Shown here: piece by piece, positions 36,201 to 49,795 of the stretch
Position numbering within the stretch: the stretch's first letter is position 1
Layout: every line of letters begins with the position of its first letter
Source of the DNA: Phoronis australis
Lineage: Eukaryota > Animalia > Phoronida
Direction of reading: 5' to 3'
DNA: 64,000 nt
NCBI GenBank assembly: GCA_002633005.1
Contig: NMRA01000206.1
Span: forward strand, 595,203-659,202
Notes under the pieces: model-generated
Database searches by the model: none
What the model was told of the DNA's origin: nothing
The model's input: the letters and a program-made list of their open reading frames with translations, nothing else
Made by a program: the position numbers and the translations under genes

Positions 36201-39200
36201 ATTTAATCGACAAAATAAACTTTGACACAAGTAGACGGTCTCGCGATTACGGCTAACGTACATGTACATTCAGAATGCAACGAATGCTGCACGGCTGAAC
36301 GTTACAGTGGTAAACATCCTACTACATTCTGAAGAATTTTAAAATTCCACACTCCGCTGATGGTGGCCTGGTATGCATATAGCGATCACGATGCACAAGT
36401 CATGGTTGAGCAAGTGACACCGGTCACAGGAATGGCTAAGGTACAAGGGACCGGGGAAATGGTTATCGAAAACTAGAGGGGCGGAAACTGAAATGTAGCC
36501 GACATCGACGATTGATCGGGTTACTCATTGCTTTTAATTGGTGAAATTTCTTAACCATTCAATATAAAGCCTTGTTTTCATGTTCAGATTCACCCAGCTT
36601 TCGATCATCATGTTGGTATTATCTTTAAAGTCAGCCGGCTAAAATCAGCAATTTTACGTTTGATTGCAAAATCATGTTAGAACCAAACAACCGTACTCAA
36701 ATCACTAATAGTGACCCTACCTTGAAACTTGGGGGTTAGCAACCTGAAATGTGCATCTTTACCATGGTAACCAGGTATTTTCCACTCAAAATTTGCAATT
36801 TCATGATTGAGAACGAATTCGCTCCGTGTCAGAAGCAAGCAACACTGCCCAAAGTGCAAAGAATCTTTGTTGAAACATGCATCGTCAACATGGTTACCTG
36901 CTATTTTCGCGGTCAAAATCACCACTTTTAGGCTTGGTGACAGCTATGTTAGAAGCAAGCAACCATGCTCAAATAATTTTAGTGAAATGTAGGGGAGTTG
37001 ATAAGCTTGAATGTCTACCGTTGCCATGGTGAACTAAAACTGTATAATAAGTTTCACAAGCCACATGCCAATGAATTTTTGAAAATTTTAAGCTACCTAT
37101 AGCCAACGCTGTTAGTTCTATCAAAGATGTACCATAACCAGTGTTGCATTTTTGAAAATCCAAAATGGTTACCAAGGCAACTCTCGGGTACACAAACATG
37201 GAAATAGTCTTTTCAACACATAAAGGTGCATAGAACAGAGGAAATAATTTACATAAACAAACAAAATCAATGACATAATTATTTGGGTAAGTTTTTGCGC
37301 AAAGGTTTCCAAGATATTTTTTATCATATAATTAAAATAAGTCCGTGTTTTCATATGTGTTACAATTACAGATGACATTTGCTGCAACAAAATTTGCTGG
37401 GCCCACTTCAGGCTGGATAGCAACAATGACGTCACATTAACACACGCCACGCTGCAATGACGTCACGCTAAAATCAAACTAATCCAACCTATAAGTCTCG
37501 AAGTTTACGCAGCCCGGCCCAAGTGTGGTCTTGGTTTTGTTTTATTGCACATTGGGTTTAATTTAGTACGTAACATCAGTCAATTTTCTATGTATCTGTT
37601 AAAATGCAGAAACAGTTATATAGCCCAAATTTAAAATGGTTAACATTTCATTGAAGAAAATGTATGGAACAATTTGGAGGGAAAGGCTTTTCCTATCTTC
37701 CCACAATATTCATGTTGCCAACTGGTGTTTCTAAACCCCATTTACATTGTTTCGAAGAATGATTAGGTGATTAATTTTTAATATATTTATGTATTCATAA
37801 AATGTAATAAACATCATACCATGACATTTCGATTTTTCTTTGTTTTTGGGTGGGTTTTGACAATTGGGCTGCATGTGATGAGAATGTGACGTCACTTTCA
37901 GTTTACAAGATGGATGTCCACAAGTGCTTCTAATGTAAATCAGTTACATGGCTCACAAATTCCAAAGTAGTCGATTGCAATGGATCAACAAGTACAATGT
38001 ATAGTTCTGCTGATATGACTCTTGTTGTCTGTCATATCAATAACTTCGAACTTGTCAGTGCATACCATAAATTCCCATCAATAAAGCCATGCCTTCCTTT
38101 AAACAGCCTATTGCCTTGTATTTTGGATAGGTGTATTTTTTCAATTTTCCTACAAAATGCATTATGTAGGCTGTAATGCCATGGCCTTAAATGGTCAAAA
38201 ATATGGGCTTTTTAGTAGGCTTAAAGATGTATTTTCACGCTCCTAACTATGCTAATATATACATGTAGCAGGAACTAAACGACAATGCCATTTGAACATC
38301 TACGCTAAACAAAGTGCAGTTGTACTCATCGACATATTGTAAATCGGTGAAAACAAAACATTTAGCAAATAAGTGACCTTTGTACTACCTTGGGGCTCAC
38401 ATTGCTCGCATCATGCAGTGTTATCCCCCAACACCACGTTACGATACTTGCTGGACACGGTTGAGTGATTTACGGCGGATCATTTTTGACACAAAATTCG
38501 TTCTCAGAAACATTTGGCAATTTTCAACCTACTTCATAATTATTCACATTGTCGTTATTAGTTGTGTTTCTAATTAATTTGGTCAAGCGATCACAGAGAT
38601 AAGGAATTAGCCTGCAAGCCAGTGGTTCCACTGTAAGTCTTCACAGTCTTCCTACCTCTGTTTCAAAAGGATAGACTTTTACTCTATTGTTTTTCCGACT
38701 AATTTTAGTCTCTTGTATTACGAAAGCACAAACCTTTTTCCAAGTCATTACAACTACTTGAGCCGAGGTGTCCTCAGCCAATTTTTAGCATGGTAACAGT
38801 TGATTATTTGAGATACACGTGACTAAGTGACAACTTGTGATTGCAGCGAAATCAGAGGATACAAATTAACTGGGAAATGCCAATCTGAATCGTACTGAAT
38901 CATGCCAATCGAATGTGACAGTGACTAACTGCCTTAAAAGATAGCGAGCTTCACTGACCACGCTCGTGAAATTTGAATAAATGTGGACACTGATCTATAC
39001 TTAATTATACCGCAAAGTTGAACTACAGTGAGGGCTTAGACATGTGTAACAGAATTCGTTCGGAATTTACTTACCAATCTTAAGTAATGACCAAATTAAA
39101 CAAATAATCACATCAATCACAAGTGACATTTATGTATTTATACATAATGTTTATGTGATGTGTATGTGACCATGCTTTTCATTCGCTATTGTAAACCAGA

Positions 39201-39680
39201 ACAGCCGGACATTAACCATTGAGAGAGGTTCTTGATTAATGACCCTAAATGACCTACATAGTTACATCATTATCATAAGGCAAGTCCAAAATAATCCCAG
39301 TTTAAGGCATTAATAACTTCGTTAATTTTCAATTTTGAGCTTGGCAACCTCCCAAATAACGACAAGCGATAGTTTCAGGTGACCGTGTTATTTTTTGTTC
39401 GCTTCTAACAAACGTTTTCCATTAAATTTTTATTTAGAGGACTTTTCAAGGTTTGGCCGTATTGCTTTTATTCTTGTACAACGTTGTTTTTTCGTCTTTT
39501 CTTTATTGACTCAAGTGGCAGCCATAGGAGGCGCTTTAGTGCTGACACATATGGTTCAGCACTACTCAGTAGCCAAATTACAAGCGGTGCTGTTGTCCAA
39601 AGGTGATGGAAGAAAAAGTATACGCACTCGCTCAGTGTGGTTAACAATTCTTTCTCATTTTTACAAGTTCCGAAAAAAGA

Positions 39681-40023
39681 CTGATCTGCGATTATTATAA
39701 GAATTTGCAAGGACACGCCATTTTGGGGGTTTGTCGTACCCAGACAAAACTTGAAGGCAGCAAAAATTCGTTTCGATGTATCAATGTACAAAAGGGTTTA
39801 ATTTGAATTTTATTATTCACCAACTCGGCTCCGCCAACTTTAAATGGGTGTCTATAGAAATCTGATCCGCGATTATTGTTAAAGCTTATAAAGATATCCC
39901 TTCTTCGGGGATATTTGTATCCGGACTAAAAATCCTGACTCGTTTCGATTTAAGACGTACAAAAACAAGTTTAATTTGAATATTACCCGTCTTATTCGCC
40001 AAACTCGATCCCCGCAACTTTAA
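39681..40023. repeat. Old diverged tandem duplication, 2 x ~180 bp
   Basis: ctgatc(t/c)gcgattatt ... tcgtttcgat ... gtttaatttgaat ... caactttaa occurs twice in the same order. Confidence 0.7.
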
Positions 40024-41211
40024 CGAAAATAATATAACCGCCACATGGATAATCAGCTAAAAGTGTTTTATTGGGACAAAGCTCGCGAGTTGAAGACCTG
40101 TCAGCTGATGAATTAAGCGTGGCAAAATGGACACTTCCGGCACTTCCGTCCAACACTCGTAGAATGCCGTATCAAGATGGAGTACTTCCAATCCGTCAAA
40201 CTCTGTCTCAGAAACTACGGCTGTTAATTTTCTCGCCCTTTATATAGCTTAATTGATTTAATCCAACTTACAAATCCAATGTCTCTCAAATTGCATGTTA
40301 AGTAGAACCAAATGTCACACGTCCTTAAGGTTCTTCAACTTTGTCGTCCTTATTGTCAATTAATTGTAAAACTTATGTGATGGCAATTCCAATTTCCATT
40401 AACGAATTTATATGACATATGGGCAGCGACACAATCATGAACGGTCGAGAACCAGTATTAAACACGGTTATGGTTATTTATCCTGTAATCTGCTAAACAG
40501 TTTCAAAGAAAGAAATACAGTTTGCAATGGCTGCTGTGACAAAATTTCCGGAGGGCTCGGATGTGACGCAAACACTTTTTAGGACCCACGGTCTAATCTT
40601 TTTACACCAGATCGAAAATACTATTTTATATTTTTCCGTTCAAGATATTTCATGTTATTTTGTGCTCCAGTATGTTATGGTTTCCACAGATGACTGGCGC
40701 ATCTAAAATTCTAGCTACAAATCTCGAATAGGAACTAGAGATTTCGAGTAAAATCTCAAGATTTTGAGTTCACAAACGATCTTATAGCTTTAATGCTGGG
40801 TGAGGTGCAAAGTAGGATAACCCAATCAAGCATGTAAATCATACTGTAAAAGAACACTGAGTTATAGACAACTGTTTTGAGTTCGTATTCAAGTAGAGCG
40901 GCCAGAAAATATCAAAAACGTTAGGGAGTTCGATTTCAAGTAAAAAATAGATTTCGGGTCCTGGAATGTCAGGACACTAACAGAGATAGCCTGAAACCAA
41001 TTGCAGGCAGGCTAAGTTTGAAAATGCCAAGGCTCTGTTTCAAGACCAGTGACTTAAGTCTGAAATAAGGTCTTGTTCTCCACATAATACTTCTAAAAAT
41101 GATTAAAATTAATTTTTAGTAAAGAGGAAATTGTACCTAAGAATATACGTATTACTGCTACTCACTGAAACATTTTGTAGAAATTATTTCCAGGTAGTGA
41201 TGTACTAGTTA

Positions 41212-41979
41212 TTATACCACAATAGTAGCCTCGAATGGCAAATACAACCGTGTAATAACCCATTTAGTTATCTCACTAGTTAGATAACCTTTTGGCGGGA
41301 ACCGATGCCGGTTTCGAACTCGGGCAACAAGAGTTTAGAGTCGTCGAATTTACCACTGCACCTCTAAGCGGCTGACGTCACCGAACGTGAAAATAGAATA
41401 CTTAAATGAGCACGCGCAACAAGCGCATGTTCAGCAAAGGGCATTATACCGACATTTATACGCTATGAAAAATAAGACGCATTATTTCCATAAAAACGAT
41501 ATTTTAATTAAGTGAAATTTTTCTCTCATGTTCTCTCACTTGAAAATCACCGATCTCCACCTTGAATCCGGATATCGTGTCGTCAGGATCCTTTGGCGTG
41601 ATAAAATGTGTAGTAAGCTACAGTAATTCTAAACCTTCATTTGTAGATTCATTCTATTTCTATTTCGTTTAAATTTCTAATTGGTTTTGAGTAAAAGCAT
41701 TATTTGACAAAAATAGCTCGGCTTTTCTTAAAAGGTCACGACCTCCGACCCCGGGCATCTGACATATAAAGTAGTTACAAAGCCGAGGCGAGTCGAGAAA
41801 GGTAGATCGATTCATTGCAATGTTTCTCGTTCAGCATGTGGTATAAATAGATTATTACATGTTTTCAGTCGTTATTCCCCTTATCTAGAGCCCTCGTGGA
41901 TTTTGGAGAATTATTCTCCACAATCCACTCGGGCTCTGGAATACGGGGGATAACGACTTCGCCATGTAATAATCTATAT
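41212..41979 (-). mobile_element. Family 2, copy C (inverted, near full length with internal deletions)
   Basis: Reverse complement of 28971-29830, including the head hairpin, TTATACCACA end and the decayed tRNA-like module at about 41300-41375. Confidence 0.85.
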
Positions 41980-42040
41980 TTACGTAACAAATGGTAACTA
42001 AACCTTTATTTGTTATTTGTGAAGTGGGAGCCTAAGACCA

Positions 42041-42120
42041 AACGTCTGACGTAAGTCTTACGTCACTTTTTACGTCACTCAAGTATTACGTCTGACGTAA
42101 GTATTACGTCACTTTTTACG
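42041..42120. repeat. Short nested repeats rich in TGACGTAA/TTACGTCA
   Basis: acgtctgacgtaagt(c/a)ttacgtcactttttacg occurs twice. Five TGACGTAA/TTACGTCA octamers in 80 bp. Confidence 0.8.
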
Positions 42121-42707
42121 AAACAAGTTTGCTACTATACATGACGTACATATAAACATATTTACCTGCAGTATCTCACTACTTTTAGATAGCTCAGTAC
42201 CATATATTATTCCTTTAATTGTCATATCCGATTCTACTGGAGATAATTGTACGTGGACCGTTTTGAAGCAGCTTTAGTAAACTGATTTATATCATGCGAA
42301 TACTGCTTAAGGTGGAACTTGCTTTTTAATTCCTTGTGTCTGTGATTACACCACAAAATTCTTATTTATTGAATTAAAGACTACCAGTAACTTTAATTTC
42401 TCAGAAAGAATAATTTTGGCTAACTTCCCACCTTGTTTCAAAAATCTGGTCAATTTTAAGATCCCCTTAGAAAAATTATACATATTTGTTGCGAAACAGC
42501 CCGCGAACATCATGGTAGATTTCGATGTTTTGTTTATGTTCGTGTCGGCAAAAACAACATGACGGTCTGTTGATGCTCACGCGGATGGGAAGCCTATAAC
42601 GTGAGTGATGCGAGGTCAGCGAGGTCATGTTTTTGAAAACACTGATTGTTTATGTTCCATAAGCTCAAGACAAGTTCATTATTTCGATATTTGAACGTAC
42701 TAGTCAA

Positions 42708-43099
42708 GGGGTCTAATCTTTGCACTTGAAATCGAAATCGATAGTACTTTTGTCATTTTCTGTCTTACTTTCGTGCGGACTCGAGATACGTGTCTACTAT
42801 TAATCTGTGCTCGAGTGCATCATGAGTTATGCATACGAAATTCTAGTCCAAGTTCGCACTTGATGAACCCTAGATTCGAGCGACAATAAGGTTGAGTAAA
42901 AAACAGGAGATTTCGACTTAAGACTCGGACGCTTAGCCTAATGCTGGAGTCATCTTGTAATAGGATTAGACCGTTATTCACGTAAGCTGATAGGTACTCG
43001 AGCGGAGAATATTAGTCACGTATCTTGAGTTCGCACAAAAATAGAAAATGACAAACATAATTTCGAGCTCGATTTCGAACAAAAAGATTATTAAACCCC
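42708..43099. mobile_element. Long-TIR MITE (~390 bp)
   Basis: Left GGGGTCTAATCTTT...TTTGTCATTTTCT...ACTCGAGATACGTG...GCTCGAGT matches the reverse complement of 42995-43099. A related relic may lie at 40690-40960. Confidence 0.75.
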
Positions 43100-45477
43100 G
43101 AGACAGGTCAAACGAAGAAAAAAAAATATGCAGAAAATAAGAAGATAGGGATTAGTATCGGTAGTCTTAAAAATTCAGTAAACGAAACTATACTGGACGG
43201 AAAGTTTGGATCCAACAAAATTTAACCCCTTGTGTAGAACTGAGTTTTAAATGGATACCTTTGCAGCGTTACTAATTCACCCCTTTTGCACAGATCTTGG
43301 AAAAGACACATTTGGTAGATAACATGGAACGTGAACTATACCTTTGTCAGCGGCCTCCTACTTTAAGTGGTAGCAAATCCGGTTTTGGCCTAAAACGATT
43401 TCCCCATTTAATTATCTAAAACAAAATAATGTCATCCTTCGACAACCTTCAAATGTTTGAAATAGTATTTGAAAACCCCTTACAAAGTCTATTAAACAGG
43501 CAAACGTGACCTAGGTTTTATGCGAGTTACACAACAACTGTGTAGGGAAAGAACACACACAAAGAACCATAACATACAATGTGTGACACAGGGAGCATGT
43601 TTTACTCTAGTTGAATCCTGTTTTAACCAATCAAATGAAACGTCAATGGTGCATATAAGCACGTGACAGAACGGCGCACGATTGGTTGAAATCACCAAAG
43701 CAGGGACGCACCATCGCCGAGATATACGTGGATATGTCACTGTCAGAACGAAAACAGGCAAGGTTCCATCTTTATGTTATCTAAGACAACATAAGCGCAA
43801 AGGGTGCATTTTTGCCTGAAATACAGAGACAAGCCGTCCAGAAAACCTGCGGCCGCCCAGCATCATTGTTTTGGTGACGACCTCGAGTTGGAGTAAAGGT
43901 TGTCGGCAACTCTGCGATGAGGGAAAACATCCCAAATCTCCAACAACACGGAATACGAACCACCGGACAATCTAATCCTTTGCAAATGTTATGCAAACTA
44001 TTCTATAACATGTCACAGCTAGGTCTTCATAAGTACGACACAGAAGTCTTAATAGAAAAATCCGCTTTTGTCAGTCTGCTTATTAATAATAATGTACACG
44101 TTGGGAGGATGTCAAGTTTGTGTTCTCATTGACACGTAGATATTTATGTATCATCCAATTTATATTAACTATGGTACGATGGTATGATTGATGTGTCTGT
44201 TTCACGTTAAATCTCCCAGCGGTCGTCTTCCTTGGCGTGAAAGCCAGTCTGTGCTTTTTGGTTGCCCTGGCGAGTCATGTAGCAAATAGATCAAAATGTC
44301 ATAAGTGCCTATCGGTCAACAAAACAAGATCACGAGGAGACGGTTTTTCAATGCAGCAACGAACATTGGTTGGTTTTCTAATGATGTCCCCTGTGCAGCA
44401 TTGGTAGTCGACCGGCTATCTATTGCCGAGAGCCGGTGATAACTTGAGTGAAAATATAATTGAAACGCAATAAGTCGGACATAGCCTGTCAATAAATTTT
44501 GCCCTTTTAAAGTTCTTTGGACTGCTAGTCGTGCAATTAAGTAACATTCAATCCTATCACCAGCCCAGTTTACAGTCGTCCTTTCATAGACACGTTTTCT
44601 TATGGTCAAGGTCACCAAAATGAACGGGAGATAATTGCAGTTTTGACAGGGTACTTGTGTCCAATCCATTATTCATAGGTAACTGTTTCCGTGCATATTG
44701 TTTAATGGATTTCATGTTATCATTCAAAAATTAAAAAGATTGAACAGCCCCAGTAAAGGGCCCAGGCTTGTATAACATATTCATAGCCGTTGCACAGAGC
44801 TGCCTGCATGTGTCTTTAACCTTCGCGGCCCACACGGGCGTTGTCCTGAACAGCGTGGTGTTCCCGAAAACGCAATTCTTTTCTTACGAGCTGTAGTTAT
44901 TTTTTCATCAACAGTAACTCAGTTCTGACTAACGCACTTATTTTATCATTCAGCGCATTTCGTTTCTCATGAATGGCGTTCTTTTCTCCGAAACACATTT
45001 ATCATTTCGTAGAACTTCTATAATTCCGGGTTGACTTACACCTCGAGTCGAGGGCGTCGCATTATTCGTAAACAAACCTGTAACCGAGGCAAAAGAAATT
45101 TAGAAAGACTGACAGTTGTTCAAGTATTCTAGAAAATACAGCAGCGAATCGTTTTATAGCGGTTGCAAACCCCGCTTTGGTTACAAAAAAAAAATTATTT
45201 ATACAACTCAGCGAGGGCGTTGGCAGCACTAGACGGTAATTGATATTCGGAAACTGACGGTTGACTAAACGAACAGTTTGGCTTGGATTTCCACCAGCAT
45301 CGGTCAAAATTATTTATATGTTGTACAACACACAGTAGAAGACAAAAGCAATCATACAAAACACTATTTTTCCAAAAAAATTACTGGTAACTATTAGGGC
45401 GGCAAAATTCTACTTACGAACAATTACATATTGATGACTTAGCCACCTACTAAGTTTCCTCATTCTCTGTTATGTGG

Positions 45478-45544
45478 CATGGGCGGCGCAGCACTGAAAC
45501 AAGTGGAGGCTATAGCCCAATCCTCCTATGGTGCGCCGCCCATG
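45478..45544. mobile_element. 67-bp micro-MITE with perfect 13-bp TIRs and 5-bp TSD
   Basis: TGTGG|CATGGGCGGCGCA ... TGCGCCGCCCATG|TGTGG. Confidence 0.8.
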
Positions 45545-48500
45545 TGTGGGTAGACAACTCTGACGATGAATCGGGCTTCTGAACAGCCGTCATGACGGGG
45601 AACTTCCGGGACATTTTGTCCGAATACTTTTGGCTTGTACACCTTTTCAATGGGGCAACTTAAAAACCTTTATGTATCAACATCTACATACTAGTGACCT
45701 TATAGTCTTCCACGCCTCTCACCTAAAACTATGGATTAACGAATTATAAATTGTAAATTGTTAAAATGTTTAAACATGCGTTTGGGGTCAGCTCAGTTAG
45801 CTGTTAATGATGTTGAATTCTCAGCCGAGGGAAGTGGGATTTAAAAACTTCAGCAAACCATCCCATCCTTATTTGTTGTCGAAAGAGCCGGTAACTCAGT
45901 TTGCAGGAAATGCGCCCTGACGTCACGATCTTAGGGTTAGCAAACCCCAATAAACACTGTGTAAACCATTTTAAGTCGCTGGTGACTTCGATGGTAACTT
46001 TAATCAAGTACCGTAACAGTAAGGAATATTATGATACTGATTTTACTGATAAGCTTAAGTGGCCTAATTTATTGTCGTTTATTAGCAGCTCAACACTGAA
46101 GAAACACAGTTTTAAGGGACGGGGGGGGGGGGGGGGGGGNGAAACAATGTCAGTTGAAGATGCCTGTGTGTGGTGTTTATCGTTAAAAAAATACCAGAAG
46201 GAAGTTGGTTTAATGCGAAATTCGACCCTATGACCAACGTTAATGCTTTTCGGAATTCGCTAATTCTTGGCAAAATGCAAGAACGGCGTGTTCTGCCGGC
46301 CACGGGTATGGGGCGCCGCCAGTCGCAGTGAGTGGAGTACCAAGTTTGATACGATGTACACACTTTTCTACCAGAGGTCTAGCCAGATGTTCGACGGGGA
46401 TATTTCATTGGTAATACATAGATATCTCGCAAAGTCTTGCATGAGCTCGCGTTTTTCAAGGTTCTCGCGTCTATGGATAGCGCAACTGCATTTTTATTAT
46501 TTTTAAAAAAAGATAAACGAATCGCTTAAAAAATGATAATAATAATAATGATTGCGATGGTGTTAGTGATTTGGTGATGATGAAGACGATGACCTTGAAG
46601 GGGATTTGATGAGGATTGATGTGATGGTGACAACTTGTTTATTGTCCAAAGTGTAATGGACGACGATTACATAGTCCGAGTCTATAAGCGCAGTATGTTT
46701 ACCAATATCTACCATGCAGTTACATTTGTATACTGAGTACTTGAGTAACTATGTGTTAGTATGTGGACTAAGTCACTACTAATGACGGAAAACGGAACAT
46801 TTTTCAGAATCCATTAATCGGAACCCTTTTAACTCAGTACGGCCAAGGCAAGGTAGCGGATCAAAACACGGACGTTCTGTTTTGATGAACAACAGATGGC
46901 ACTGACCGCTACCTGACGAAGATTTGCGTGCGGCCGAGGTGGCTTCGTCCCATTTGTGAGACATTTTATTTTTAACAATATCAGACAAACATTTGGTTTC
47001 AGCCATGGAGACTCCGCCTCATTTATATATTTTTTTCATTTTTAGCGAGATCGTAGATCGATTCTACTGTCTTGCAATCGATTTCAATCGGTTCAATGAT
47101 TTTCTTTAGCGACGATGTCAGTCGTCTGTTCGTAGCAGCACTCACCATTACAGTACACATTCCATAGTAGGAGCGCTCTAACAATACGACCTTCAAAAAT
47201 TAGCCGCTCTTTTCATACTGAACCAGTAATGAAGAGTGTAATACCGAAACCTTTCTTCACGGCAGTACGAACGATTCAATTTCCTCGTGGCAATCGCAAT
47301 AAGGGCCAGCGCAGACGGAAAGATATGCTGCGAGCTCAGGTAGCTGCCTCAAGTGAGAGTTAGCTAAATTAACAGCTCACGCCAAAGCGTGAAAATACAA
47401 TCACAATGGGAGTCGTTCAAGAAGCAATGAGGCTGACCACGTGGGACTGGTAACTCTCATCGGTCAAATAATCATTTCAAAACAAATATGCGAGTTCGCG
47501 GAGCCGAGAAACGACCTGCACTCGGTGCAATTTCACTTTTTCCACAAGGCGTGTTTCGTTAAACACGTGATTATAATATTAATTGCTTATCAACTTCAGT
47601 CAAGTCCCTCAAACCCTCTAGAAAGTCTTACACGTTCTCCGTCAGCCGACGCAACGCTGCAAAGCCGCTTGAACGCCATCGAGCTAAGTGGAATGACAGT
47701 CGACATGTAGCATATCAACACGCGAAATCTTGGGAAACCCTTTTCCGTCGAAGGCCGGGGAACAAAATAGAATGAGCGCGAAATTAAGAGGTACTGAAAA
47801 AAATCAAGTGGAGTTAATCAACATTTATTATACATGTAGTTGTACAAAAAACGTGCTTTAGAGCAAGAGGTGTCGCCTTATTGGAAAACCACTGTTTTGG
47901 TTGGTATTTTGGGGTTGAACAATTTGTTTTGGTTCCTTAATACGGCGAGTTAGCGCCCCCAATACCATGGACTGAATGAAGTGCGTATTCTTGCTCTATA
48001 AGAGCTGAAACACTGGACAAGGAGGAAGATCTTGACTTCCGGTTGGTTAGAACAAAGAATTATTCAGACAATACCATTCTTTGAAAGGTAACATTCGGAC
48101 ATTTCTATTGGTTGGAAGTTGAGAAATATCTTTGCGGCTTCACGGCCTCAACAATAACAATGCACTAAATGATGCATTCCACACAGTCCCTGACTCCCAC
48201 ACCCAAGATGACAAGGTATACAAATAAAACAATAGAACGATTCAGTCCCGGCGAGTTCCGGCAGACTGTTTGCCCGACCAAAGTCCCAACGAATGAATGC
48301 TGTCCTCACAGGGATGTTGCGCCATGATAGCGCCAGGATGTGGAAACAGTCCATGGGCGTGACCATAAATCCCAAACCCAGGGCCCGGACCAGCAAACAC
48401 CAAACCCACAGTTCAAATTTCATACCCGTGCCCTTAATTTAGCTCCTCACATGCGCGGAATTTAGTCCAAAGTCAACAAATTCCTCCGCGGGACGAGACA

Positions 48501-48955
48501 TCTGGAATTCAGCGAAGCGGCCTTGCAAGCCTTGCTCGTGCATAGTGCTACACGCCCTCCAGAGATGACGCTTTGAAATTGCACAGCATGACTTCCGCCT
48601 GAAGTAAGTTCGCCGATTGTTTCAACACGACGGATTTACCTTAGCTTAAGTTATAACTAACGATTTATTCCCATTTGAAAGTTACGTACTTCGATCTAAT
48701 AGCACTGTTGCTAATGCTGTCAATTATTTTGTGTACCGACAATAAACAAATCTGCATCTGTTAGCTTGCGTGAGACTTGTGGAGAATTGTCTCGTCTGAT
48801 ACAATAAACTTCGTTAAAGATACGACTAGTCTCTTTGTTAGCGAGCTTGATACCGAGACTGCTAGGTTCGTAATTTCGGAACAGTCTTCTTTCTTCTGGT
48901 GTGCAGGTATGAAGTAAAACACCGAGAGACATAACAAACAAACAAATAAAAACAG

Positions 48956-48995
48956 TAGCTATATTTCGTGACATGCAGTCACATCATCAGGCAAT
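48956..48995 (-). ncRNA. Minimal hammerhead-ribozyme motif (left arm)
   Basis: Minus strand: GC-CTGATGA-T-GTGAC-tgcat-GTCAC-GAAA-TATA-GC. Conserved core, perfect 5-bp stem II, palindromic ATAT in place of stem III. Confidence 0.65.
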
Positions 48996-49755
48996 GAGTG
49001 GAATGAACATATACATAGCGAAATAAACAGTGAAATACACGTGACAGCGGGAAAAAAAGACATACAAGCGCAGAGAGTGTGAATGCAACACACGGTAGGA
49101 AGCCCGCAACCCTATCGAAACAGAGCCAGCGTGCGATACACACCTGTGAGCTGCTCATTCAACACAGGTTTTTCGTGACTAATCAAAAGCGATTCCAAAA
49201 TCTTCAGCCGGAATATGTGATAGATTGAATGTAGTTATTTATAATCAGAATAAAAAAGTCACGTCACCTTGTTATGACAAACAACCCCAGTCGTGAAAGA
49301 CTACGATCAGTGGCCAAATGTAATGTTGTTTACCAATTCACATGTCATACGAATGTCTTCGCCCTCATTCTCGAGAATATCGTTACATTGTACACACGGT
49401 GTGCTCTCTCTCGCGACGACTGTCCAAGCACTTGCAGGGGGGGGGTCCATTTAATATCACTTTCTACACCAACATGACCGAAAAATAACCAGGCAAGAAA
49501 TAGCTGACAATACCATCATTCGCTATGTTGAAAATGACATATTTCGGCTAAAGATTTTGCAATCGCTATTGATCGGTCACGAAAAACCTGTGTTGAATGA
49601 CACCTCACAGGAGCGCATCGCACGCTGGCTCAGTTTCGAAAGGGTTGCGGGCTTCCTACCGTGAGTTGCATTCACACGCTCTGCTTGTATGTCCTTTTTC
49701 CCGCTGTCACGCGTATTTCACTGTTTATTTCGTTATGCATATGTTCATTCCATTC

Positions 49756-49795
49756 ATTGCCTGATGATGTGACATGCAGTCACGAAATATAGCTA
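49756..49795 (+). ncRNA. Minimal hammerhead-ribozyme motif (right arm)
   Basis: CTGATGA (49761-49767), GTGAC-atgca-GTCAC stem II, GAAA (49784-49787), then TATAGC. Located in the pseudo-LTR, as is known for Penelope-like elements. Confidence 0.65.

Noticed and set aside
46121-46140. Poly-G run as a G-quadruplex element
   Set aside because: It abuts an N, so its length and reality are unreliable.
46779-47006. 75-aa ORF MAETKCLSD as an alternative first exon
   Set aside because: No strong phase-0 donor and no recognisable motif.
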